Below are positions 52,801-64,000 of a DNA stretch of 64,000 bases, piece by piece. Position 1 is the first letter of the stretch, and each line of letters starts with the position of its first letter. Position numbers and translations under genes: made by a program. The notes beneath the pieces are model-generated. The model ran no database searches. It worked only from the letters and a program-made list of their open reading frames with translations, and had not been told where the DNA came from. The stretch is from Dimorphilus gyrociliatus (Eukaryota > Animalia > Annelida), in NCBI GenBank assembly GCA_904063045.1, contig CAJFCJ010000017.1, forward strand, positions 434,001 through 498,000, read 5' to 3'.

Positions 52801-55800
52801 AAAGATGGTCCAAACGTTTTTCAATTTATTACTCTTGTTATTATTATTATTCTTTAGATAAACTATTATAAATATTCAGTAAAAAACCGACTCTATAGGA
52901 GGTGGTAGTGATGACGAAGAAGAAGAAGAGTATATAGGTTAAGATAATTAACTATACCCTGATATATATATATCTATATTAATTATTTTAATGATAACTT
53001 CTACCTTCTACTTAGAGGAGAGAATAGAAAAAGGCTTAAAAGTAGGTGTAGAAATTAAATGAAACTAAATTTATCGAACCAAAGCGAAAAGGAATCAAGA
53101 GTAGAATTCTACTCAGATGAAAACGTTATACAGATTTATTTTACTTAATTCTTAACATAATTAAATAGGACGACTTCTTAGATTTTTCATTAAAATATTC
53201 TCTCTTGGCAACTTTTATCTTATCTTATCATGAAAAAAATTTTCTGATGAATTCCCTTTTCATAGAAATGCTCTGATCATCGTCTATCGAATAAACTACT
53301 TTATCCAACATTTGCTAGAACTATTCCACCAGATACTCAAATAACAAAATCTGTTATCGCACTTCTTGAATATTTCGGATGGAAGAAATTTGCTATAGTA
53401 TCAGGAAAGAGCGAACCATGGAGTGTAAGGATTTCATTTAATAATTACTTTATCGTTATCTTTCCTTTCTTATAAACTTTTTTTAAAATATCTTAAATTA
53501 TCGTCATGTTTTAGTTGATGTCAAGGAAATTAAGCAAATTAGCAGAAGAAAGGAACATGACAATAAATGCATTTAGCGAATTTGAAAGTCCATATTTACA
53601 ACAAGCTGTAAGAAATCCCTTTGAAGAAATAGTTGAAAACACTTATATTGATACTAGAAGTTAGTTAATTTTTAACATCTCTTTTCTAATGTATAAAAAT
53701 TAAGAATAAGAATAAGAAGAAGCAGAAGAAGATGATGAATGATGATAGTAAAAACCTTATCGCTAGATGGAGTTACATAAATATATAATTCTTTTAGTTA
53801 ATTGTAACATAGGTAACAATAGTAAAAAGAAAAAATACATATTTATGAACAGTTTACGTCTTTATCGGAAATCACAATGGAATGGTAGAATTTATGAATG
53901 ATATGCAGAAGAGAGGCTTAACTGAATCTCAGAAATATGCAGTACTTTATCCTCAATTAGATATATTTGACGATGCGGATGCCGGAAAATATTTTCGTTG
54001 TTTGTATTTTATTCAAATTTCATATTTATTTAAATTATGAATAAATTAAAATATATTTAAACTTTTAGTTGAGCACGATTTACCAAAGACTAAGAGAATT
54101 GAGAAAGCTGCTGAAAATCTTCTTATTATACTCCACAGTCCTCCAACTTCTCCCGAATACAAACACACCTTTTCCAGAAAGGTTAACGAATACAATCAGA
54201 AGGAACCATTTAACTTTACAAAACCAAACCTCTCCGAACTAAATCCGTTTTTACCAGCCGATATGCTTTCTCAGCCTGTGGGTGTTTACGCTGCCTACTT
54301 ATACGACGCTATTTATTTATACGCCAAAGCCGTTACTGAATTACTCGAAAGAAACTCAACGTCATTTTTAGACGGTCGAAAGATTTTTCATATGCTGAGG
54401 GACAGAATTTATCAAAGTGTTCAAGGCTTTGACGTCTACGTCGACGAAAATGGAGACGCCGAAGGAAATTATACTGTACTTGGGAGGACAAAATTCCATT
54501 ACAGTTTACCTTTTTATAACGTTACTGGCGATTACAGTATGAAACCAGTTGGTAGATTTAGATTAGACAAAGAGTCTGGAAAGACGAAATTGCTGTTTAC
54601 CCCAAAGGATGGTATAGAATTAATGCAAATTATGGACGAACCATCCTGTGGATATAGGGGTGAAAAATGCCTTGTAAAACCTTGTAAGTACAGCAAATAA
54701 TTACATCAATCTAGGCCATTGTCTAATAGAATTACTCGTATTACAGCTTATACAAAAGTAATCGTGTTATCCGTATTAGGAACTCTCTTTTTGATAACTT
54801 GTATAACTGGCCTAGTTACTTATAGGTAAGTAAAAATCAAATATTCACTCTACGACTCTACTTTATAAATCGATCAAAAAATCTTAAGGAATTGGAGATA
54901 TGAGCAAGAGATTGACGGATTGTTATGGAAAATATCTTTAAGCGATATAGGTGGTTTAAAGGCAGATACAACTTCTGAATGGAGTGGAAATAGTGTGGAA
55001 TCTTTAGACTTTAGATCTCACAGATTACAAGAGTGCGCCAAGAAAGGGACTTATAAGGGTCAAGTGGTTGCTTTAAAGCACTTTTGTAGACCTTCAATGG
55101 ACATTGGTAGACTACTAAAGAAAGAGATGAAAACCATGAGATCGCTTAGACACGATAATCTTAATTCTTTCATCGGAGCTCATGTAGACGACGAAGATAT
55201 CATAGTAGTAACGGAATACTGTTCAAAAGGAAGCCTGCAAGATGTCTTATTTAACGAGAATGTTAAATTAGATAGAATGTTTATAGCATCATTAATAATG
55301 GATTTAATAAGAGCAATGATATTTATACACAGTAGCGAATTAAATTCACATGGTAACTTAAAGAGTTCAAACTGTCTAGTAAACTCAAGATGGCTTCTTC
55401 AAGTATCGGATTATGGTTTATACGAAATAAGGAGAGAGAATTATAAAATGCAGGACGAAAATTATCGTTTTAAACGTAAGTTCTTTGTAATAAAACACAT
55501 AATCTCTTTATGATTATTGATTAATTAACAAAAAAAAAAGAAAACAAGACATTTTTTATGGGTTTAATAATATGCCTTTTTAATCCAATTGTAATTTACA
55601 GTTAATCCTATTCGTCAAAATAAGACTATTTCTTCTATCTTCTATTGATACTATTAATATAACAAGTTGTTTTTTGTTGTCTTTTTTTAGAATTATTTTG
55701 GACTCCCCCGGAACATTTGAGAAACAAACCACCCAGAAGGGGAACACAAAAGGGTGACGTATACGCATTCGCTATAATTCTATACGAAATATTTGGTAAA

Positions 55801-56109
55801 ACGACCCCCTATTACGGCTTGGATTTAACTCCGAGAGAAATTATAGAGAAGGTAGCTGCTAAAAGCAATGAAATCTATCGTCCTGATTTATCAGAACTAA
55901 AAGAATGTGAAGATTATATTATGAATACCATAAAAACATGCTGGTCAGAGGACGCCGAGCTTAGACCTGATTTTCAGACTATCAAGACAAACTTGAATAA
56001 TTTATGCGGAGGAAGGTTAGTATCATTTTTCTTTTCTCTAAAAGAATAATATAAAAAATACCGAGCTAAGGAAAGAGTACCGAGAGAATGGGAGTGAGAA
56101 AGAGTGAGT

Positions 56110-56163
<54 letters not shown>

Positions 56164-57299
56164 AAAGACGCCATCTGCTTTTTATACTTTTAATCACAAG
56201 GAAGGGAGAGGGAAGAGAGAGAGAGAGAGAAAGTTAATTCTCGTTAAAGAATAATTAAATGTTAAAATTATTATGATTTGCAGGAGAAAGAACATCTTTT
56301 CAAACATGTTGAATATGATGGAAACGTATCAATCAAATTTAGAACGATTAGTAGAAGAACGAACCGAGCAATTAATGGACGAAAAGAAAAAAACAGAATC
56401 TCTTCTTTACAGTATGCTACCTATTTCAGTAGCCAAGCAACTAATAGCAAAGAAACCTGTCGAACCGGAAAGTTTTAGTTGCGTAACTATCTATTTCTCT
56501 GATATTTGCGGTTTCACGCCTCTATGCGCATCCAGTACACCTTTACAGGTCGTCAATCTATTAAATGACCTCTATACAATATTTGATAACATCATCAACA
56601 ACTATTGCGTATATAAAGTAGAGACTATTGGTGATGCATATATGGTTGTTTCCGGATTACCGGAAAGAATAAAAGACGCTCATGCAGGAGAGATCGCATC
56701 CATGTCACTACATTTACTGTCTGCCATTAAAACCTTTCAAATTCCTCATCGTCCAGAGCAGCTTATGCTGAGAATAGGTATACATTCAGGATCTGTGGTG
56801 GCCGGAGTTGTTGGCCAAACAATGCCTAGATATTGCCTGTAAGCTATTATTTACGTAATTAGCCATGAGAACAAAGCCTCTGATTTAATTTTAATACAAT
56901 TTCACTAGGTTTGGTGACACTGTTAACACGGCCAGTCGTATGGAATCGCAAGGTGAAGCTCTAAAAATTCATGTTAGTGCCGACTGTAAAAACGTTCTAG
57001 AGAAATTAGGTGGTTATAATCTCATTGAAAGAGGTCAAGTAACTTTAAAGGGTAAAGGATGTGTAAAAACATACTGGCTATTATCCGAAGATCAGAATAT
57101 AAGAGCCGATAGAGTAAAAAATTCAAAAGTACTGCAAAAGATGGAAATTGAAGCGACGAGTCGTCATAGCGTTCTTGAAATAATGACTTCAACCGATTTA
57201 AGAAGAACAATATCATCTCAAAGTATAAGAAGAGTACCGAACGGTAACGCAATTCATTCAGAAACTGAGAAGTTATTAGAAGAAGAAAGTAAAATATAA
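49899..57299 (+). CDS. Receptor-type (membrane) guanylyl cyclase, multi-exon
   Basis: Signal peptide, ANF-receptor-like ectodomain ([17 protein letters not shown]), TM helix, kinase-homology domain (HGNLKSSNC), cyclase domain with GTP-specific ETIGDAY and RYCLFGD. Confidence 0.95.
56115..56159. repeat. (GA)n microsatellite; one of many (GA)n/(TA)n tracts in the window
   Basis: Direct reading. Confidence 0.95.
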
Positions 57300-58156
57300 A
57301 CTTTCTGTTTGTTAATTTTATACTAATTACTAGAAATCTATAAGAACAAATACAGTATAAACTATATACAGTATATAGTATTTACACTGTGTAGACTTTT
57401 ACTTATAATGATTATTGTTTGCTTGTTTGTTTGTTTTATAATTTTAGTTTCTTTCGTTTGTTTTACTTGGTTTTTTTTTCTTTTTTAATTTAATACATTG
57501 TTGACTTATATAATAAAGAAACAGATAAAGAAAATATTACTAGTATTCATCTATATAGTTTCTTTTCTTTTTGCAGTTTGTACAGTATACTATAAGCCTA
57601 TAGTTTTTCATACTGTGCACTATTTATAAATGTATAAACATCGTCTTGTAATTAAATTTTTTAGTTCTATTATAAGTTTTGATAAGCACCATTGAAACCT
57701 TTTTATAAGTAAATGTAATAAATAAAATTAATCAATTTAGGTCATTCTTGACAAACTTTTTAAAAAGCTTTTTCTTGTTTCTTTTCTCTTTTCCTGTTTT
57801 TTTTTTCTTTTTTATTTATAAAAAAAAAGAAAAAACAAGTTTTCTTTGATTGTATATCTTTTCAGATTATTATTATTTCTCCTGCTTCTTTTTCTTCTTC
57901 TTCTTCTTCTCCTCCTTATTCTGTTTTCTTATCCTTCCTATTTTTTCTTTCTCTTTTTTTTCTATTAAAATAACAATATGCATCTTTCTCTCTCTCTCTC
58001 TCTCTCTTAAATAGAAGATAATTGAGTAAATAAGTAAATACACTAAAAGCAGAAATATTTCAATGTTTCTTTTTTTGTTTTTTAACAAAAGCAAGTAACG
58101 TTTGAGAATCATTTTTGTTTGTTTTTCTTTTAAATGTCTTGTTCTTCTCTCTTACG

Positions 58157-61100
58157 TTATAGATGCAATGGATCTATCCATAGAACTTGATGAGCATTAC
58201 CGCTATGAGGCCATTTACATTGGATATGACGTCTTCGACCATTTACTATTAGGAATGATTCGTCGGATGGAGATGCTAAATAGTCTCCGAAGTAACCGCT
58301 ATTTTTAATTGTTCTTTTAGATTTCATACTGGAACGAGGTTTCGGAGGAGCTCCAACGCCTATTGACAAAAAACATTGCTAGTATATATTCGTGCGTGTT
58401 AGCATAAGAACTTAATAGCTTACTTTCGATTATCTCTGTTCGATCCAAGTATAAATCGATAAATACGATTTCGTTGGTGCTAGTAGAATAAAAGAAATTA
58501 TAACCCAAAGTCGTTGAAGAAGGGAAATATTCAATTTCGATTAAGTTTTTCCTATCCCTGATAGTTTTTATTTTCTTAACTTCTCCACCGTCATTTATAC
58601 TATAAACCGTAATGTCTTGACCGTCAAAAATCGATAGTGTTCTACCGTCAGGTGAAATAAAACTCTTACCAACTTGAATTGTACCGATAGGTAAATCTGA
58701 AAAAGTATCGATCAAGGTTGACTGATTTCCACACCTAATTATCGCCTTTCCGCCAATAGGAAGGAAATTGACGCTTTGGTCGCCTTTACAATCGATGTTG
58801 CGGAGAAAGCGTTTTGTTTCTAGGGAAATTTTCTTAATGCTCTCACCGGACTTTAAATAGGCAAAGGTTGACTTTGATAATACGCCAGATGGAATCCAGA
58901 GTTTTTCTATCCGAAAGCCAACATCCAAAAGTGTCACTTTCCTATCACTTAATTTACTAACTGTAGACAAGACAAATATTGAATGGTCGCTTATTAACCA
59001 TATCTCATCTCGGTTTTCTATATAAGTTAATCCGTTCGGATTACCATCGATGTATATTACGTCAACTGGACTAGCTCTATCTTGTAGTTGTATAACTATA
59101 ATCCTTCCTAAATCCGGCTGTGCCGCGTAAATTAAGCTATTCTTAACTATTATCACATCTCCCCATTTACAAACTTTAGAGCACAAATCCGTCGGGCGTC
59201 TTTTAAGACCATATTGTGGCGACATCTGTAGGATATCGGACAAATCATGATTTGTGTCCAACTGCCGCCTTAATTGACAAGTTCCCGGTTCGTGTATATT
59301 ATAACCATAATCATGGAAGAATATAAAAAGATTATAAAATCCTATAGGACCAGTTGGAACCGATTGAGAATTTTCAATAAAGACGGTGGCTGTATCTGAT
59401 GAACTTCCGGCCGAATTTTGTCCAATACACTTATAGGCACCCGTGTCTCGACTACTAGTTGCTCTATCGATTTGCAATCTAGAATTGTGATCTGCAGAGA
59501 ACAAAATAGGGATGACGACATTAATAATTAAAGTTAACTGAATAGATAAAAGTCTTAAATCACGGTTGAATAGAAAATAACTTTAAATAATAGACAATCT
59601 ACCATCTTATAAAAACTATCAAAGTTTCTAGGAAATACTAGTGGCGACATCTGCCGACAAAATATATGAATTAGTCGATATTATAATGATTAGATTAACG
59701 AAATACGTTTGTAAAGTCACGTAGAAGAATTACATGACTTGTTAAAGAATGAAAGAGAGAACAAAAAAACAGAGTTTTTGGTTAAAATTCATTTTAAATG
59801 AAGAAGAGAAATGATATTTTATTTGTAAAATTATTAATTAACTTTGTTATAGAATGATGAAAAAAAAAAAAAAGACTGGCCAACTGTATATCGTTTATAA
59901 AAAAGGCCTTTTAATATACTTAATGATATTTATATATCCTTAATAAATCCTTAAATAAACATTTCTTTTATAGCGTATTACTTTGTACAAACTATCTATA
60001 TAGAAAGACCAATAGTCACGTTTATACAATCCTTTCTACCGTTAATAATCTGTGTTTGGTTATATTAATATATGTATTATTTAGTTTATTATGTATACAG
60101 TATAGTCTATCTGTTAGTAATATATTCTATATACAGTATATGGATTATTAGATTAACTAAAAATGACAAAAAAGAGGTTATATAGGTCATCAGAAGTATG
60201 AAAAACATTAAGCCTAAACAAGGCTGGCTTTTCGTAATCAATAAAGTATTAGTTTCTCATTTTTTGGGTAGCTATAAAAAATTTGTTTGGTATCCGTTGT
60301 TCTCTATTTGCCATACAAAATCATCAGATATAGTTAATTATCTTCCCTTTCCCCTCTCTCTCTCTCCCCCACCCTCTTTCAAATTCAATTGAAAGTCTTT
60401 CCTGAGAAGACTTAAAAATGTTTCTTTCTATTTTTTCACTCCCTCCCCCTTTACCTTCCCCCTCCTCCTTCTTTTAAAAAAGGACTTTTTATTATACTTT
60501 AAAGATATACAAAAGAAGAAATGAAGGGAAAAGAAATAAAGGAAGAACAAACCAATGCGAGAAGAAGAGATGTTAGAAAAAACACTTTATTTATTTTGTT
60601 AATTAAGTTAAAAAGACAACCATATAAAATAAAAAAAGGCGTGTAAGTCTATAGTCTGAGAAATGGGAATGAAAGGAGAAAAGGGAGAAAGGAAAGGAAG
60701 GTCAGAGATAGAGAACCTCTGTCGGTAACATCTGGCGTTGATTTACAATCGTCATTCGCACAAATTGACCCGAAGGGTAATTAAATGCATTTGGCTACTA
60801 TTTGATTTCCCCTTTTTTCCCTACATTTCAACTTAACTAGGTAATTATCGTTCAGCTTTACTAGTTATCCAATACGGTTTTTTACTATCTGTATAGTGTT
60901 AGATATATTCTTTTACTTATACCTCTTCTCTTCCTCCTCCTACTTATCTTTTCCCTCTTCCCTTTTGTATGCTCTAATAAATTAATTTGATAATTTAAAT
61001 AGTATTAAATCTCAAAGATTTCCTCTACACTGTTAGAGGGATTTTTTTTTGTAGGGCGCCTCCTGGAGGAAAAGTATTATATTTGATTTATTTAATTTAA

Positions 61101-63133
61101 GCTATCATTTTTGTTAACTGTTGAATATTTAATAAGTAAGGGAGTATAAGAAATATGATGAATAATTAAAGATAACGGAAAAAATGAGGCTTACTTTGAA
61201 ATGTTGTTTTTGTATCAAATGGATCATCGTAGAGGTTATGCTCGTTCATCTTCCATGAAAGCAACGGTGTCGGTATCCCATCAGCATGACATCGTAAATC
61301 GATGCTCGAGCCATTCAGGTGGAATTGAGTTGAAGGATAAATGATAACCTTTGGTTTTACTGTTTGTTTTATTTACATTTGTTTAATTATGAATGAATAA
61401 TTAAGTTGTTTATTAATTTAGAGAAAGTAAAGTAATAAAAGAGACAAATCAAAAGTTAAATGTAATTAAAATACTAAGTAAGATAATACTTTACCGTTTA
61501 CAGTAAATGTATGAGTTTGAGCAGCGTCTCCACACTCGCATGTATAGTTTCCTGAATGACTCGTTTCAACGTCGTCCAAATAGAGTACGTATTCTCCTAT
61601 AACCTGTACAAAATGGAGGAAGTAATTTATTAAAGATGCCCAAAATACGATATGAATACAAGGTGAAATTATGAAATTGGATAAGTTAAAAAGATGATAT
61701 TGTATGAAAGGATAAAAAGAGATTATTTAGATAGAGACAAAGAGAGAGAGATATACTGTATATATATATATAGAGAGAGAGGGAAAAGGGGAGGGAGGGG
61801 GGGTCTCAAAGAATTAAGAATGTCTCTGACATATAAATTACTGTTTCCCCTGTGCTTGGTATTTTTTCTATCTATTTAGTGAAAATTTTGCTCAAGTGCA
61901 TTAACGAGTAGGCCTACACATGGGATTTCTATTTCAACTTCTTTGTATTTATCTTATTCATTTCATTAGAATTAACAACTAAAGAGAGTTTGCGTTAATG
62001 TTAAGTAAATTTTTATGAATATATCGTATAACTCTTAATACCGAAGCAAACAATGCTATGTGTATACAAGAATTTGGAATTGTTGATCATTGTTCATCGT
62101 AACCGAAGGCTGTTAGCGAAAGAGAAATGACAATTGAAATATCAAAAGGTTTTGTCTTTTCTGTAAGTAAACAGTAAGAGAGATAATTTTAGAAAACTAC
62201 AATATATATTGTATATATAATATGCATAGAAGAGCAAACTGATTATTTACAACTACTAATATAACAAACATCTATCCGTTTGATAGAAAAAATTGTATTT
62301 ATTAATACTTATGGTTTTCTATTTCAGCTACCTGATAGAATACTGAAGATAGGCTGTAATCTATCTTAAGTAAGACGGTAGGACTACTAAAGGAAACAAA
62401 CTAGTAAGTTAGAATGGACAGAATTTTTCGTATGTGCGAAGTAAGACCTTCGGTGGATGCAAATTTCGTAAACTTAATCAGCAATCGATCGCCCTACCAC
62501 GCTACTCCTACCAAGAATGAGTAAAGGAAAGAAATTAGGAAATATACGTGACCTCCAACTGAACTTGTTCTCTTTTTTAAGATAAAACTTATTATCCTAT
62601 TTTTTTTTAAATACTTTCTCTCTGATCATTGAACTGGAATAATTAGAAAGAGATTTCACTATTAATCCCTAACGGAGAGCGAATAGAGAGAAAAAAGGAG
62701 AAACTTGCTTTTATCGATCCTAAATCTTTAAATTCCACTCCATTCCTCTTCCAAATGATTCTTTTCCCTCTTTTAATATCGCAACTCAAACGAACGTTGC
62801 TTCCTTCTTTAACAGAAGTTTTAACGTGCGTCAAAGATGGATCTATATAAGCGTTTAAATCGAATGCTCTATTGAATTCTTCTTCGCTAATTGTTCCATC
62901 TTCGTTGAGATCGTCGTACGTGATTAAATCCAGCAAAGTACACGAGGAAAAGCTATCCTTAATTTCTAAATTTATTTCGTTCTCTTCCAAAACACCATTA
63001 GAGTTTTTGTCCAAATCCATAAAAACTCTTACTCCACCATTCGATAGACAATCTTCGTTGCACAAACGTCTGAAAGCGTCATCCTTGAAACTTTGAAATT
63101 CAACGCCACACGAAGGCAATTCTACAGCAAATT
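58157..63133 (-). CDS. Follistatin-related protein 4/5-like (EF-hands, two Ig domains, beta-propeller); exons 63133-62709, 61603-61495, 61359-61195, 59491-58424, 58359-58157; upstream exons not located
   Basis: EF-hands DLDKNSNGVLEENE and DLNEDGTISEEEF; Ig motifs HSGNYTC and DTGAYKC; FSTL4/5-like C-terminus IKNSGYFGDYLASPS...VLWID. Confidence 0.85.
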
Positions 63134-64000
63134 CTGAAAGAAAACAAAGGAGAATGCATTATTCATCAATTTTCTGCAGTACATTCAATACTTTCTAAAT
63201 AATAACCCTAATAAAAAAGAAAATAGAAGGCTAATAAATAACTTTTTCTTATAATTTGCGCAATAAAATGTATTTTTTCCGAAATGACGCCGCTGGCTAT
63301 AACGTAAAAGGCGTTTTTTTCTTCCATAATTTGGATTGCTCTGTAAGACGAATTTATCGATCTTTTTCTATACATTATCTCTAGTTTGAAAGACGCCCAT
63401 CAACTGAATATTTCACGCTGTATTACATCTCAAAGGTGTTGTAAGACATTCCCCTATTTTATCTATATGCCAAATCAAATACACCAATTATCGGGAATAT
63501 CTACTGGAAAAATTGATATTATTGATCTTTTTATACAAAAAAAGAGACGTCTTTTTCTCCATTACTACTCCTTTCTCCGCCCCTCGCCCGCTTTCAAAAA
63601 GAGAAGAGAGAGCTGGTAGTAGTGTCAACTGTTAAAACCCGCCTTTCCTCCCCGTATTCTATCGAGAGCGAGAAACGAGAGGATGGGGGCGTCTTTTTAA
63701 AGACTAATCAAATAGATTTTATTGAAATAGCATTCAATAGCCCAACTACAGTTAGTAGGGACGGAAAAAGATAAATAAAGAGGGAGAGAGAGGGAGAGAT
63801 CTATATTATATACAATAGACTATTTTTAATTCATACAAAGACAATAATAAACTAAATGAAAAGCACACTTTATACATAAAAGATGAAAAGTTATATCTAT
63901 AAATATAAGCTTTTCAATGTTTTTATTGTCCCTTCTACCTTCCTTTCAATTCTTACTTTTCGTTCTTTTCGAACAATTAAGGGAAGAAATTATCAGTTTT

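Noticed and set aside
52080-52830. Scattered minus-strand splice-like signals suggesting a nested gene in the guanylyl cyclase intron
   Set aside because: I could not join them into an open frame; it would need introns as short as 15-36 nt.

Overview
AT-rich, gene-dense animal genomic DNA with short GT-AG introns (mostly 50-90 nt) and many microsatellites. It is not prokaryotic, and I saw no CRISPR or defence system. The compact architecture fits a miniaturised lophotrochozoan genome such as the annelid Dimorphilus (inference only). Gene order: C2H2 zinc-finger gene (-), cytoplasmic actin (-), axonemal dynein heavy chain DNAH3 (-, ~19.6 kb) head-to-head with SIRT7 (+), two intron-containing tRNA-Leu genes (-), lysosomal-type acid phosphatase (+), macro-macro-WWE-PARP (PARP14-like) gene with a degenerate catalytic triad (+), rhodanese/MPST-like sulfurtransferase (+), Amt ammonium transporter with a degenerate substrate-recruitment site (+), a candidate orphan gene (-), receptor guanylyl cyclase (+), and a FSTL4/5-like gene (-, 5' end not located). 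Main finding: each of the seven DNAH3 introns over 400 nt contains one or more exon-like segments with AG/GT boundaries, a length divisible by 3, no stop, and a frame matching the intron phase. These include 15-24 nt microexons, a 51-nt cassette inside AAA3, and an array of six cassettes in one 1.8-kb intron next to an in-frame internal donor. This suggests heavy alternative splicing of a dynein motor. All splice models were read by eye and need RNA-seq confirmation.
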